Shown piece after piece: positions 52,624 through 63,240 of a stretch of DNA of 64,000 nt (position 1 is the first letter of the stretch; every line of letters begins with the position of its first letter). The translations under genes were made by a program, and so were the position numbers. The notes beneath the pieces were generated by a model, which made no database searches, had not been told where the DNA came from, and saw only the letters and a program-made list of their open reading frames with translations. The stretch comes from a virus: positions 3,902 to 67,901 of the IMG/VR virus record IMGVR_UViG_3300003771_000090; one strand, 5' to 3'.

Positions 52624-55443
52624 TCAGTCCCTGTCGGTGAGCCGGGATCGGGCGCGGGCGGCGCGCTGCCCCTCCAGCCGCTCGATCCGCTCGGCCACCA
52701 GGCGCGCGATCAGCTGCTCGTCGGCGCCGGCCGGCGGGTGGATGTGGATGACGACCGGCGCCGGAGCTGCCGCCGGCGCGGCACTCGCGGCGCGGGAGGG
52801 GCCTGCGATGGGCGGACGGGTGTCGAACCGGACGGCTGCGGTCGCCTGGCCGGTGCCGATGGCAAGTCCTGCCCCAACGCCGGCCATCGCCGTGGCGACG
52901 CGCGAGACGACGCCCAGCGGGCCTTGCTGTCCCCGCATGAGACCTTGCTCCAGCCCCTGCATGGTGAAGCCGCCCAGCGCGGCGAAGACGCGGCTGGGGG
53001 AGCGGATGCCGAGTTTGTCTTTGAACCAGCCAATGGTCTTGTCGGCCACTCCGCCAATGGCGTCTTTCACCCAACCAATCGCGCCGGTGATGCCATCAAC
53101 CAGTCCGCGCATCATCATCCGGCCGAAGTCGGAGAACTTGGCAGGCATGTCAAAGCCGAACCAGCTCATGACAGCGGCGAAGGCCTTGTAAAACAACCCA
53201 ACTGGTGACCAGTTCAGGATAATTGCCGCCACGCTACCGACGCCGCCCTCGCATGCCTCAGTCACGGCCCTCCAAAGTCCGAGGAAGAACGTCTTGATAG
53301 GCTCCCAGTGCTTGATCAGCAGATAGGCGCCCAGAGCGATGGCGGTAACGGCCAAGCCGATGGGATTGAGCATCAGGGCGCGACCTACGATCCAGAAAAT
53401 CTTCATGAGGAAGTTGAATGCACCGGCCAGCCGGGTAACGATGCCCACGCCACCGCCGAGCTGGATTCCCAGCATCGACATCCCGTAGCGCACGATCACT
53501 AGCGGGCCCAACGCCGCCGCCAGTGCCAGCGTCAGGGCGCCAAGCACCGTTAGCAACGCACCCACGGCCGCGGCGCCTTTGAGGAGCCAGGACACCAGCT
53601 GCGGATGCGCCTGGGTAAAGGCGTCGAAGCGGTCGATCAGGCGTCCCACCGTATCCATCAGCCCGACGAGCGTCGAGCGCAGCGCCTCGCCGCCGGCGCT
53701 GCTGGTGTTGAACAACTGGTTCTGCAGGCGCTGCCAGCGGGCGGAAACAGTGTCTTGCCGCGCGGCGAACTCGCGCGACATGGAGCCCTTCGCCTTCCCA
53801 CCGTTGGCAAGGTCGAGTTGGCGCCGCAGCTCGTCGGGCTTGTCGACCAGCTTGGCCAGGGTGTCGGAGTGCTCCATGCCGGCCAGCTCAACCATTACAC
53901 CGATGCGCTTGTCCTTGGGGAGCCTTTGGATAGCCTCAATGACCGAAAATATCGTGCCCATCGCATCGGTACCCATGCCTTTCTGGATAGCCTCGGAGGA
54001 GAGACCGATTTCGGCCACAGCGGATTGAAATCGCTTCGTGCCTTTCTCGGCCGCTGCGAACTTTTGCGTGATCGCGTTGATGGCTGTGCCAGCGGTTTCG
54101 GTGCGTTCGCCGAGCGTCAGTAGCGTGGAGGCGAGGGCCGCCGCATCATTCGCGGACATGGCCACCGTGGACACCACGCCAGACGTGCGGTTCAGTACGT
54201 TGATGATGTCGTTGCCCTTGCTGATGGCGTTGTCGTCGAGGTAGTTGATCGTGTCGGCCAGGCCCATGATGGCGCCAGTGGGGATCCGAAAGTTCTTGGC
54301 GACCTTGCCCATGCTCTCGGCGATCTCGTCTGGCACGGCATCAAAGGCGGTGGCCATCATGGCAACGGTACGGGTGTAGGCGATCAGTTCCTCTCTCGGT
54401 ACTTCCATGCGGGCGCCAGCTGTGACCATCTCGGCGATACGGGCGGTGGGGATCGACAGGTCCTTGCCCAACTGGCGGATCTCGCGCGCCATGTCGTGAT
54501 AGACCTTCGTCAGCTTGCCGTGCTCGTCGCGCGCGCCTGGCACTTGACGGGCGATGCCGAGCATGGCGTCTTCGAAGGTGACGTAGTCCTTGACGGTCTT
54601 GGCGACGGGTGCCAAAACAATCCCGCCGGCGGCGGCAGTCGAAGCGCCAGCATTGAGCACTGTATTCCGCATTGCCATGCTGTTTCTGTACTTGGTTTGG
54701 GCAGCGGCGAGAGCCCGTTGACGGTCGCCAACCGCCCTCAGCAGCGCTTCCTGTTGCCGGAGCCGTTGGTTTGCACCGGCGAGTCTGTCGGCCAGGTCGC
54801 GCTGATGTTGGCCCAGATCCTTTGTTTTTATGCCAGCGGCCGTCAGGCCGCCACGCATGTCACGCAGCTTGCGAATGTTGTCTGCGTGCGCGCCGCGCAG
54901 CCTCTGGGCCTTGTTTGTCGCATCCGAGACCTCCCGCTGCAGGGCGCGGTACTGTGTGGACGTGACGGACACCTGAGAGGCGGCAGCCTTGTGCGCTGCC
55001 ATCAGGCGGACGACTTCCTTGCGAGCTGCCAACTGTTCAGTGGTCAGTTTTCGGTAGGCTTCGGAACTGTGTGCGCCGGCGCGCTGCAATGCCTGGATCG
55101 TAGCGATGTTGGCGTTGTATGCCGCCCGGGCCGACTTGAGCTGGGACGCCAGCTGCGACTTGGTGCGCATGGGGGCATCAAGCTTGTCCAGCCGGGCTCG
55201 CAGAGAGGCCGCGTGATCGTTGGCATTGCGCATAGCCAGCGAACTGTCCTTGAGGCCCCGTTTAAGCTCCCGGAAATCCGCCAGTTGCTTTTGAGATGCC
55301 TCGAGGCTCTTGATCTGAGCCTTGGCCGCCTTCACCGTTCTGGCCAGTTCAGTACTGCCGTCCATGATCGCCTTGAACGGCCGCGTCATCTTGTCAACCG
55401 CCTGCAGCACGACTTCCAGCCTGAGGTTTCTCGGGGTGCTCAT
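52624..55443 (-). CDS. gpT: P2 gpT-like tape measure protein
   Basis: LRLEVVLQAVDKMTRP; 939 aa; C-terminal RSPSRVF. Confidence 0.95.
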   Translation of the reverse strand: MSTPRNLRLEVVLQAVDKMTRPFKAIMDGSTELARTVKAAKAQIKSLEASQKQLADFRELKRGLKDSSLAMRNANDHAASLRARLDKLDAPMRTKSQLASQLKSARAAYNANIATIQALQRAGAHSSEAYRKLTTEQLAARKEVVRLMAAHKAAASQVSVTSTQYRALQREVSDATNKAQRLRGAHADNIRKLRDMRGGLTAAGIKTKDLGQHQRDLADRLAGANQRLRQQEALLRAVGDRQRALAAAQTKYRNSMAMRNTVLNAGASTAAAGGIVLAPVAKTVKDYVTFEDAMLGIARQVPGARDEHGKLTKVYHDMAREIRQLGKDLSIPTARIAEMVTAGARMEVPREELIAYTRTVAMMATAFDAVPDEIAESMGKVAKNFRIPTGAIMGLADTINYLDDNAISKGNDIINVLNRTSGVVSTVAMSANDAAALASTLLTLGERTETAGTAINAITQKFAAAEKGTKRFQSAVAEIGLSSEAIQKGMGTDAMGTIFSVIEAIQRLPKDKRIGVMVELAGMEHSDTLAKLVDKPDELRRQLDLANGGKAKGSMSREFAARQDTVSARWQRLQNQLFNTSSAGGEALRSTLVGLMDTVGRLIDRFDAFTQAHPQLVSWLLKGAAAVGALLTVLGALTLALAAALGPLVIVRYGMSMLGIQLGGGVGIVTRLAGAFNFLMKIFWIVGRALMLNPIGLAVTAIALGAYLLIKHWEPIKTFFLGLWRAVTEACEGGVGSVAAIILNWSPVGLFYKAFAAVMSWFGFDMPAKFSDFGRMMMRGLVDGITGAIGWVKDAIGGVADKTIGWFKDKLGIRSPSRVFAALGGFTMQGLEQGLMRGQQGPLGVVSRVATAMAGVGAGLAIGTGQATAAVRFDTRPPIAGPSRAASAAPAAAPAPVVIHIHPPAGADEQLIARLVAERIERLEGQRAARARSRLTDRD

Positions 55444-55613
55444 TCGTCGGATCCGCTACGCTCGTAGGCGCGCTGGCGCCATTCCATCAATTCGGCGACC
55501 CCCATGGCGTACATCACGTCTGGGGGCCAGTGGAAGATCACTGCAATGTCGGCGACGGCGTGCTCGATTCGGTCTGGAAGTTTTCCTCCCTGGCCGACTT
55601 CGGCAGCAAAAAA
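55440..55613 (-). CDS. gpE' -1 frameshift extension
   Basis: T TTT TTG at 55613-55607; -1 frame ADIAVIFHWPP...ELMEWRQRA. Confidence 0.85.
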   Translation of the reverse strand, partial: FFAAEVGQGGKLPDRIEHAVADIAVIFHWPPDVMYAMGVAELMEWRQRAYERSGSDE

Positions 55614-55867
55614 CTGGCTACCGCCGTGCCTAGCTGGGTCAGGTCGGCCGGGTCCAGCCTACCGACGTCATGCTGCGTCAGCGTGGGATTGGTGATGCGC
55701 GGCAGCACCAGGTGAAGGGCGGACACGTCCATCCGCATCAGGTCGATCAGACTGCAGCCGCGCAACTCGCCGGAGCCCGGCTTGCGCACCTGAATCTTCG
55801 AGATGGTTTGCTCGCCGCGCTGGATAGGCTGGTCGAGGTCGATGTCTACGGTGGTGGGTTGGGTCAT
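55538..55867 (-). CDS. gpE: P2 gpE-like tail assembly chaperone
   Basis: LDQPIQRGEQ...RKPGSGELRG. Confidence 0.95.
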   Translation of the reverse strand: MTQPTTVDIDLDQPIQRGEQTISKIQVRKPGSGELRGCSLIDLMRMDVSALHLVLPRITNPTLTQHDVGRLDPADLTQLGTAVASFLLPKSAREENFQTESSTPSPTLQ

Positions 55868-55899
55868 GATCGTTTAGACACAAGTGGTTGGGGGGAGGG

Positions 55900-56409
55900 C
55901 TATACGCCCATCGCGCGGCGTTGCTCCGCCAGGCGGTCGACGCCGAAGACGGTTTCGATGAAGTTGACGTGGTCGATTTCGCACCAGACTTCGCCGTTGA
56001 CGGTGAGCTTGTAGTAGCTGATGGAGGACTTGACCTTGAACTGGCTGTTGTCGCCGGCCTTGGCGGCGCCCATGTCCAGCTCCGTGTGCCGGCCACGGAT
56101 GACGACTTCCACGGCATCGACCGCTTCGGAGTCGTCGCGCTGATAGGCACCCGCGAAGCGCAATAGCACGCCGTCGACGGCCGTGATGCCCCATGCCTTG
56201 AAGGGCTCGCGCATCAGGCCGCCATAGGTGGCTTCCGTTTCCATTTTCTCGGCGCCCAGGTCGATGTCGACGGGGCCGTTCATCCCGCCGGCGCGGTACT
56301 CCTCCAGTTTGCGGGCCAGCTTGGGCTGCGTGAAATCCTCGCACTCGCCCACGTAGCTGACGCCGTCGTGGAACACGTTGAAGTTCTTGAGTTTGCGTGG
56401 CAACGCCAT
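55900..56409 (-). CDS. FII: Tail tube protein
   Basis: MALPRKLKNFNVF...YRAGGMNG. Confidence 0.97.
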   Translation of the reverse strand: MALPRKLKNFNVFHDGVSYVGECEDFTQPKLARKLEEYRAGGMNGPVDIDLGAEKMETEATYGGLMREPFKAWGITAVDGVLLRFAGAYQRDDSEAVDAVEVVIRGRHTELDMGAAKAGDNSQFKVKSSISYYKLTVNGEVWCEIDHVNFIETVFGVDRLAEQRRAMGV

Positions 56410-56443
56410 GGTCTGTTCCTTCGTGTGATGACCGTTCGAACAC

Positions 56444-57616
56444 TCACGCGGTGACTGCGCGGGCGAACTGCATGAGGTAGCGGTCGGTGATGCGCTGGCG
56501 CAGCGTCAGGTTCTCCAGCGGCGGTACGGGGGTGTAGTCGTAGTCGATGGCGAGGGCACCGGACTTCAGCGTGTCCTTGGTATTGATCGAGGCGTCGAAC
56601 CACGCTTCGCCGCCGAGCAGGTAGCCGTTTCGCGTGAGGCCGCGCATCTTGGCGTTAATGCCTTCCAGGATGTCGCGCACCAGGGAAGGGTGCATCGGCA
56701 GGTCCATCGCCCAGGCGTGGGCTTCGGCCATGGTGTCGGCCAGCACCTGCGCCGTGCGGGTGTAGTTTTCGAAGGCGAACAGCGGATCCGCGCTGCAGGT
56801 GCGGGATCCCCAGAACCGGAAACCCTGGAAGTTGACCAGCGTGGTGACTTCGTTCCGGTTCAGGTAGCCGGCATCGGTGGCCGGATCCTGCAGATCCCAG
56901 AACACATCCTTCGACAGTCCCGTCACACCATTGACGGCAACGTTCGACAGCGTCTTGTGCCAGCCCACCTCTTTGTCGAGCTTGGCCCGCAGGCCCAGGG
57001 CGCGGGCAGTGGCCCAGAGCGTCGCTTCGGAGCTGGTGACCGTGTTCCAGCCCACAAACTCGGGCCAGATCGTCATTAGCTCGCGCTGGCCGAAGTTGGA
57101 GCGGTAGGCCACGGCTTCTTCCTTCGTTTCGCAGCCGAAAGCAGACACATAGGCAAAGGCCCGCAGCTTCTGCGCGATGGCGGCCAGCTCGGCGGCCACG
57201 GGCAGGCTGTCCAGGCCGGGAATGCCCAGGATGCGCGGCGCCACGCCAAGGGTGTTCTTCGCGGACAGCAGCGCCTTCATGCCGGTAAAGCGGCCGTTGG
57301 CGTCGGTGCTGCCGATCAGGTTGGTAGTGGTCTCGGCGGCGCTTTCGCCTTCGGCCACGCGCACCACGACCGTCAGCGGGTTCGCCTGGTCGGTGATGGC
57401 ATCGAGCGTCTGGGCCAGCGTGCCCTTGTTGCCAGCCTTGCCCAGGGACGCCAGGGGGTTGGCCAGCAGAATAGGGCGATTCAGCGGGAAGACCGCCGCG
57501 TCTGCGTCGTCGGCGGTGCAGACGATGCCAGGCACGGCAGTAGCGATGGTGCGGATAGGGCGGGTGCCTTCGTTGATTTCAACGACGCGTACGCCGTGGT
57601 GGTAGCCAGTTGGCAT
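56444..57616 (-). CDS. FI: Tail sheath protein
   Basis: [38 protein letters not shown]. Confidence 0.97.
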   Translation of the reverse strand: MPTGYHHGVRVVEINEGTRPIRTIATAVPGIVCTADDADAAVFPLNRPILLANPLASLGKAGNKGTLAQTLDAITDQANPLTVVVRVAEGESAAETTTNLIGSTDANGRFTGMKALLSAKNTLGVAPRILGIPGLDSLPVAAELAAIAQKLRAFAYVSAFGCETKEEAVAYRSNFGQRELMTIWPEFVGWNTVTSSEATLWATARALGLRAKLDKEVGWHKTLSNVAVNGVTGLSKDVFWDLQDPATDAGYLNRNEVTTLVNFQGFRFWGSRTCSADPLFAFENYTRTAQVLADTMAEAHAWAMDLPMHPSLVRDILEGINAKMRGLTRNGYLLGGEAWFDASINTKDTLKSGALAIDYDYTPVPPLENLTLRQRITDRYLMQFARAVTA

Positions 57617-57697
57617 GCAGTCCTCCGGGATGGGCAGGCAAAAGTCAGATCGCCCCGGTAGGATGCTTCGCACGTGCGTGGATGTCGTTCTGCTTGT

Positions 57698-57720
57698 GAT
57701 GTGTGGTCCGGTGATACAAC
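57698..57720 (-). promoter_or_regulatory. Ogr-type late promoter site (FI operon)
   Basis: GATGT-N13-ACAAC. Confidence 0.65.
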
Positions 57721-57744
57721 CAGGAATGCCGCGTCAGCAGCCAG

Positions 57745-58371
57745 TCACAACGGATATTGAGCCGGTTGCTCGCCTTCGGTCCCTTTTGCCTTCGTTGCAA
57801 CCGCATCCTCGTCTGGCTCCTCGGGCCAGACGCGTGACGCGGGGAAGAATTCCTGATCGAGCACCGTGACCAACGCCATCTGGTAGGCCGCCCACGCTTT
57901 GAAGAGAGCCGCCGGGACGGGATCAAGCAGGCCGGCCGCCAGCGCGTCGGCCTTGCCCGCAGTCTTCTTTCTGGCACGTGCCATACGTTGGTCAAACTCG
58001 GCCATCGCGGCTTCCTGCTCGCGTTCCAGCAGCACCCGTGGGTTGATGACCCATTCGCCTTCAATGAAGTGATACTCGTCCGAAGGGCGGGGCGATGACG
58101 TGAGTCCTGCCTGCTCCGGTGTGATGCCGGCCAGCAGAATTTCAGCAGTGGATCCATCATCCTGGCGATACAGCATGATGCCGCGATAGTCGGGCCGCAG
58201 CTCCCACGCGCCGTCCACATGGAATGGCCACGTGTAGCGTGTGCGATCAGGGAGCGGAGTCGCGGTACTGAAGGCCGGCAGCAGCCAGCGATCCTCATTG
58301 CACGGGTCTGGTTCCGCAAGCGTACTGCCCGTGTATTGGCCTGTCTGCGAATCGTATTTGTGAAGTTGCAT
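57745..58371 (-). CDS. gpG: Tail fibre assembly protein
   Basis: YDSQTGQY, WELRPDYRG, WPEEP. Confidence 0.9.
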   Translation of the reverse strand: MQLHKYDSQTGQYTGSTLAEPDPCNEDRWLLPAFSTATPLPDRTRYTWPFHVDGAWELRPDYRGIMLYRQDDGSTAEILLAGITPEQAGLTSSPRPSDEYHFIEGEWVINPRVLLEREQEAAMAEFDQRMARARKKTAGKADALAAGLLDPVPAALFKAWAAYQMALVTVLDQEFFPASRVWPEEPDEDAVATKAKGTEGEQPAQYPL

Positions 58372-58381
58372 GAGAGTCTCT

Positions 58382-59716
58382 CTAGTAGGCGCGGATCATT
58401 GCGAGCAGCGCGATGTTGCGAGGGCGGGCTTCGGTCGCGCCGTGGGATGCGACGATGACGTCGTGTCTGTGGGCTCCCACCTCGGCCACGCCAATATTGT
58501 GGGCATGCGTGCCGTCGGGATCGATTGCATGATCGTGTTCGCCGGCGTCGGAGGTGTGGATATCGCTCCTGCGGCTCTCCCCGATATCGTCGGCCGGGCC
58601 ACCACCGCCATAGATCATCACGTTGCGCGAGATACCAGACGCGTGCGAGTGTCTTCCGGCAATCCGCGTTCTGCCGTTGTGCTGGTGCCAGCCTTGGGCG
58701 TCGGCCCATGCCCGGTGGCCGTGCCGCCCTGCAGGTGTGGTCGATGCCGTATGCGTGTGCTGCAGATTCTGGGAATCCTGGTAGGTGCCGATCACTCGTG
58801 CTTCGTCGGCGCCACGACCGTCGTCCCAGCAGCGCAGGAACTCGCCGCGCAGCTCGGGAACTCGGAAGGTGCTTTCGTCATCGCCGCCGGAGAAGCATCC
58901 GATAGCCCCCGCCTGCCATTCAGCTTCGGTCACAAGCGCACCGCTCGCACGCGCAAAGGCCCATAGCTGCGGATAGTCGTCCCGATTGAGAAGGGAGCCG
59001 TTCGCCTTCAGGAAGCCAGCTCGGGCGGAGGTTCGCGGCTCCAGCACCACCTGTCCGATGGACGCGTCACGAACGGCCGATTGCACGAAGGCGGTGGTAG
59101 CCAACCGTTGGGTGTCGTCACCGGCCGGCGGTGTGGAAGCCGTGGGTGTGCCAGTGAGCGCCGGGGACGCAAGAGGAGCCAGGAAGCGGAGCCGTGTTGC
59201 CAGTGTTTTCGGGGTGACGGCGCGAACCGCATCGGCCCCGGCGTCGGTCTCGGCCTGCGTGGCAATCTCGATGACGCCTTGCGTTTCGGTGCTGGCAGGG
59301 GGGTTCGCGAAGCTGGCGTCGCCGAACGTCAGCAGCGCTGTATCGATGGACACGAACCGGATGTCGGCCGCCAGCAGGAAGACGGCGCTGGCGGCCTTTT
59401 CGAGAATGGGTGCGTCCTGGACGTAGGTGCCGAACAGGGTGCCGTCGTCGAGATAGAGGCCGAAGCCGTAGGCCGGGTACTGGTCGGCGCTGTCGTCGCG
59501 GATGGTTACATGAATGGTATCGGGCGCCACGTTGATGCCGGCGATGGTTTCAATGCGCTTGTACTCGTTGGGCAGGGTCAGAAGGTCGTCGCTGTGGATG
59601 AAGGCGGCATTGGCGATACCGATGGACAGAACCTGGCGTGACCGCGTGCCGGCGTTGTCGGGGGATACCAGCGCCGCGCGGCCAGCCTCTGTGAGATGGA
59701 TCAGCGTTCCTGGCAT
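58382..59716 (-). CDS. gpH: Tail fibre protein
   Basis: ITEAG-like N-terminus, collar FRVPELRGEFLR, His-rich H-x-H repeats, EARPRNIAL. Confidence 0.9.
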   Translation of the reverse strand: MPGTLIHLTEAGRAALVSPDNAGTRSRQVLSIGIANAAFIHSDDLLTLPNEYKRIETIAGINVAPDTIHVTIRDDSADQYPAYGFGLYLDDGTLFGTYVQDAPILEKAASAVFLLAADIRFVSIDTALLTFGDASFANPPASTETQGVIEIATQAETDAGADAVRAVTPKTLATRLRFLAPLASPALTGTPTASTPPAGDDTQRLATTAFVQSAVRDASIGQVVLEPRTSARAGFLKANGSLLNRDDYPQLWAFARASGALVTEAEWQAGAIGCFSGGDDESTFRVPELRGEFLRCWDDGRGADEARVIGTYQDSQNLQHTHTASTTPAGRHGHRAWADAQGWHQHNGRTRIAGRHSHASGISRNVMIYGGGGPADDIGESRRSDIHTSDAGEHDHAIDPDGTHAHNIGVAEVGAHRHDVIVASHGATEARPRNIALLAMIRAY

Positions 59717-59718
59717 AT

Positions 59719-60261
59719 TTAGACTTCCGAGAGAGTAAAGTGGCGATAGAGCGTCGGTCGGATCGCGGCCGCCACGGCCGTTGCGGATGTTTTCGAGACG
59801 CTCTGGATGAAGGTGTAATGCGCCCGAACCGGCTTGGTGCGATGAATCTCGGCGAGTGCGTCGGTCACGAAATCTGCAGTAACACCGTCCCCGTCGCGTT
59901 CCCCTACGGTCATGACAAGCTCGAACGTGCCTGGTGTTCCACGAGGTGTCGCTTCCCACCACTCACGCAGGACAATGTCTCTGCCCAAGGCGGCGATCGC
60001 CTCCCGCACAGCGGAGGCGGTGCCGTTCTTGCGCGCGATGGGAATCGCTGTTTTCACCAGCGCGCGCCGGGTCTGTTCGGGCCAGTCACTCTTCCACGCT
60101 TCGATGCCGAGGTGCCAGGCGAGCCAGGGCAGCTGCGCCAGAGGTACGCTCTCGGGCCGAATGATGTCGCGGAGCGGTGCTGGGATGTCTCCCAGCGCGG
60201 CGCTCGCTTTGGCGAGGTTGCGCTCGACTACCGTGGCGTTCGGAGGCAACAGCCTATCCAT
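59719..60261 (-). CDS. gpI: Baseplate wedge protein
   Basis: LLPPNAT...LPWLAW...KNGTASAV...WWE. Confidence 0.95.
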   Translation of the reverse strand: MDRLLPPNATVVERNLAKASAALGDIPAPLRDIIRPESVPLAQLPWLAWHLGIEAWKSDWPEQTRRALVKTAIPIARKNGTASAVREAIAALGRDIVLREWWEATPRGTPGTFELVMTVGERDGDGVTADFVTDALAEIHRTKPVRAHYTFIQSVSKTSATAVAAAIRPTLYRHFTLSEV

Positions 60262-61159
60262 CAATGCCTCCGTGCTCGATGCTGGCGGCTTGGCAGTAGG
60301 GCGCTTGCGTGGCGGACGCGGAGACACTGGCGAGGGGCTCCAGCAGCTCAACGCGTTGGGCGCCGTCGACATGCAGTGCCGCGTAGAGTCCCGACAGCGT
60401 GACGGTTCGGCCGATGCGATGTGTTTCCGCAGCGTAGTCGTTCAGCCTGGCCCGTGCCTGCGTCATGACGACGCTCGAATCCGGTCCCGGGGAGGTGAAG
60501 ATCTTGGCGCGTACGCGGTACGTCAGGATCTCGGCCGATCTCACGGTCACGAAGTCCGTAAGCGGCCGAACATCGTCGGACGCGAGGACGTTGGCGACGG
60601 CGCGGCAGAGCGCGTCGTCTGCGTGACCGTCGCCTTCGCGAGAGAGGATGGTCACCAGTACTTCGCACGGTGCCGGACTCGTGGCATGCGCGTCCATGAC
60701 GCGGCCATCCGTGCCGAGCGCGTGGGAGCGATATGCGCCCGACGGCCCGGCCACCGAGAAGCCCTGCGGCGCCAGCTGAATCCGCATCCGGAAGTCCGTG
60801 TTGCTCTCCATGACGGCAGGCGTGCCGATTAGCCCATCGGCTGGCGTGACAGTGAGCCGTGTGACGCCGAACAGTGCGCCCAGGTGGTCGAGGTCGCCGT
60901 CTTCCGCATAAGCCAGCATGACGGCCCGTGCGGCGTCGTTTACCCGCTGCCGGAGCAGCAGTTCGCGATAGGTGGATTCCTGCAGCAGCTTTGCCGCTGG
61001 CTCCGACTCGAGTGTCAGGGTGTGCGCCATCTCGGCCTGGCGGTCTGGTGGGAAGAGGCTCACGTAGTACGCCTTGCGCTGCGACAGCAAGACTTCGTAG
61101 TCGATGGATTCAACGACGTCAGGAACGGGCAGCCGCGACAGGTCGATTGGCGCGGTCAT
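60254..61159 (-). CDS. gpJ: Baseplate protein J
   Basis: IDLSRLPVPDVVE, FSVAGPSGAY, DVRPLTD. Confidence 0.95.
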   Translation of the reverse strand: MTAPIDLSRLPVPDVVESIDYEVLLSQRKAYYVSLFPPDRQAEMAHTLTLESEPAAKLLQESTYRELLLRQRVNDAARAVMLAYAEDGDLDHLGALFGVTRLTVTPADGLIGTPAVMESNTDFRMRIQLAPQGFSVAGPSGAYRSHALGTDGRVMDAHATSPAPCEVLVTILSREGDGHADDALCRAVANVLASDDVRPLTDFVTVRSAEILTYRVRAKIFTSPGPDSSVVMTQARARLNDYAAETHRIGRTVTLSGLYAALHVDGAQRVELLEPLASVSASATQAPYCQAASIEHGGIDG

Positions 61160-61518
61160 TGGCGGGCTTCTCGCAGGGGGATTGTCATGACACCGAGCGG
61201 CGATGCGCGGGAACCGTCGATGCGGTCCGCGTCGATATCGACCGACAAGGCACTGGATGCGCCCGACGCGAACGTCACCGCGTTCACGCTGACGCGCGGC
61301 TCCCATTTGACAATCGCCGCGACGGAGGCAGACATGACGCGCAGCCGCGTCATGCCATTCAGCGGCTGGTCGATCAGCGAAGGGACGTCCGAGCCATAGC
61401 TGCGCCGCATGACGCGCGAGCCCACGGGCGTGGTGAGGACGTCTCGGATGGACTGCCAGATGTGCAGCAGGTCGGAGATGGCGCCGCCCGTGGCGCTGTT
61501 GAGGCCAAGGTAGGTCAT
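61156..61518 (-). CDS. gpW: Baseplate wedge protein W (gp25-like)
   Basis: HIWQSIRDVLTTPVGSRVMRRSYGS...WEPR. Confidence 0.95.
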   Translation of the reverse strand: MTYLGLNSATGGAISDLLHIWQSIRDVLTTPVGSRVMRRSYGSDVPSLIDQPLNGMTRLRVMSASVAAIVKWEPRVSVNAVTFASGASSALSVDIDADRIDGSRASPLGVMTIPLREARQ

Positions 61519-62141
61519 CGGGTGCCCTCCGAGCGGTCGCCGCCACGTCGGACGCCGCCGTGGTCGTGCTTGTGGACGACGACACCGTTGGAGGACAGAT
61601 CTCCACCCGAATGGGTGATATCGCCCTGGATGGCGTTGCCGTTGGCGCCGGCCTGACCGGAGATGCCGTTTTGGTAGGTGAGCAGGCCCTTTACGGTGAC
61701 GTTGCCGTCGAAGGTGGTGGTGGGGGATTTGACCAGGACGCTGGTGGCGGCCTCAATCAGGACGTGCTGGACGCCGATAACCGTTAAGACGCCGGATGTG
61801 TGGTTGTAGCGCGTCGTCGCTCCATCCGGGTACCGCGTCACCGTTTCGTTGGGGCTGTGGCTTGGGGTGTCGTTGGCGTCGGACGGGATGCTGCACAGGA
61901 CGATGCCGTTGCGGAGATCTCCGCTGGGGCAGAGCAGGAGAACCTGTTCGCCGATGGTTGGCGGGCTCCAGGTGCGGGTGCTGCCCGCGCGGTGTTCGAT
62001 CCAGGGGAGCCAGTCGGTGGTAAGGCCGCCGGTTTGGACGCGGACGCGGGATGGGGCGGTGTGCTGCGCGTCGGTGATGGTGCCGAGGCGCAGGAGGTTT
62101 TCTAGGAGGCGGCGAAGTTCGGCGGAGTGCATGACCGCCAA
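61515..62141 (-). CDS. gpV: Baseplate spike protein V
   Basis: WLPWIEHRAG...WSPPTIGEQV...HKHDH tip. Confidence 0.95.
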   Translation of the reverse strand: MAVMHSAELRRLLENLLRLGTITDAQHTAPSRVRVQTGGLTTDWLPWIEHRAGSTRTWSPPTIGEQVLLLCPSGDLRNGIVLCSIPSDANDTPSHSPNETVTRYPDGATTRYNHTSGVLTVIGVQHVLIEAATSVLVKSPTTTFDGNVTVKGLLTYQNGISGQAGANGNAIQGDITHSGGDLSSNGVVVHKHDHGGVRRGGDRSEGTR

Positions 62142-62178
62142 GCGTGCCCTACGCGCGCGGGGCGGTCATTCAGTCTGT

Positions 62179-62201
62179 GTTGTGCTAGCTTCGGGAACAA
62201 C
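62179..62201 (-). promoter_or_regulatory. Ogr-type late promoter site (V operon)
   Basis: GTTGT-N13-ACAAC palindrome. Confidence 0.7.
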
Positions 62202-62379
62202 ATTCCCGGTGCTTTGGAGATGGCGTTCCGCCCAGAGGACACGTCGTCTGGCAATCATTGGGCACCCGAGGAGGCTTAGTGATTCACGTTCTCAGTGTTT
62301 CAATGCCGTTGGGCACGGTACGTTCTTTCTTCAATGCATCGCCTAGCTACTAGTTCGAGTTATTAGGGAAATTTTTTGC

Positions 62380-63240
62380 ATGAAATTTATATCCGTGCCA
62401 GGTCGCAACTGGCTCGATGAGGCGTGGAATCACAAAACATCGCTCCTTGGTGGGTTCTTGGCGATTGTGTCCCTATCCTTGGCACACTACGCTGGCTTTC
62501 TGATGAAGGTTCCACTGCAGATAGTGGCGGTCGCTGGAATGTCCCTCGCCAAAGGCGTGACTGCTACGTTTCTATTTTATGTATTTTTTAGCGCTGTTGT
62601 TGCAAGAGTGCTAATCGCGATCCTGCAGCTGGCTATACTTCCATTTTTCGCCGTGACCGACCGAATGGAGCGCGGATTTAGGCGAAAGATGGACTGGTCG
62701 CATCAGCGCCGCTTCGTTCGATCGCATAGCCAGACTATCAAGTGGGAAGGGTACATTTGGATTCTTATTCAGGCAATATCGTTTTTCTTGATTATGTTTG
62801 CGGTTTATGTGGATTTCACAATTACGTGGATATCCGGTGTTGTGCTTTGCATATCCATAGTGCTGGTTTTTATGTCTGGGCTTCTCCGAGCTAAATTTTT
62901 TCTCCAGCCGAAGGCCAGTGTTTTCATCCGAAAGGTTAAAACACGTCCGGCGCGCTCAGGGCGCATGGCATCCGCAGTATTTGTAACCGCCACGACAGCT
63001 CTTGTTATCATTGCATTCTTCATGGGTACGATGCGCGCAAGTTTATTGCGGGATCAAAATCCGCATATGGTTGTCACAAAAGAATTCGCAGATATGGCTG
63101 CCGTAATCGCGAGTTCTGATGGAGCGCTTCTCTTGTTTCAAAAACAGGGTTCTGAGCTGCGATATATCTACTCCACCCCCGAGTTTACGACTTCAATGGA
63201 AACCAAATCGGTATTCCCGCCAATTGGCTCTAAGAAGTAG
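62380..63240 (+). CDS. Moron: polytopic membrane protein
   Basis: 286 aa, about 5-6 hydrophobic segments, AT-rich, opposite strand to the tail genes. Confidence 0.85.
   Translation: MKFISVPGRNWLDEAWNHKTSLLGGFLAIVSLSLAHYAGFLMKVPLQIVAVAGMSLAKGVTATFLFYVFFSAVVARVLIAILQLAILPFFAVTDRMERGFRRKMDWSHQRRFVRSHSQTIKWEGYIWILIQAISFFLIMFAVYVDFTITWISGVVLCISIVLVFMSGLLRAKFFLQPKASVFIRKVKTRPARSGRMASAVFVTATTALVIIAFFMGTMRASLLRDQNPHMVVTKEFADMAAVIASSDGALLLFQKQGSELRYIYSTPEFTTSMETKSVFPPIGSKK

Noticed and set aside
57745-59716. Invertible tail-fibre segment (Gin/Cin/Pin type)
   Set aside because: No serine invertase and no inverted second fibre C-terminus next to H/G.
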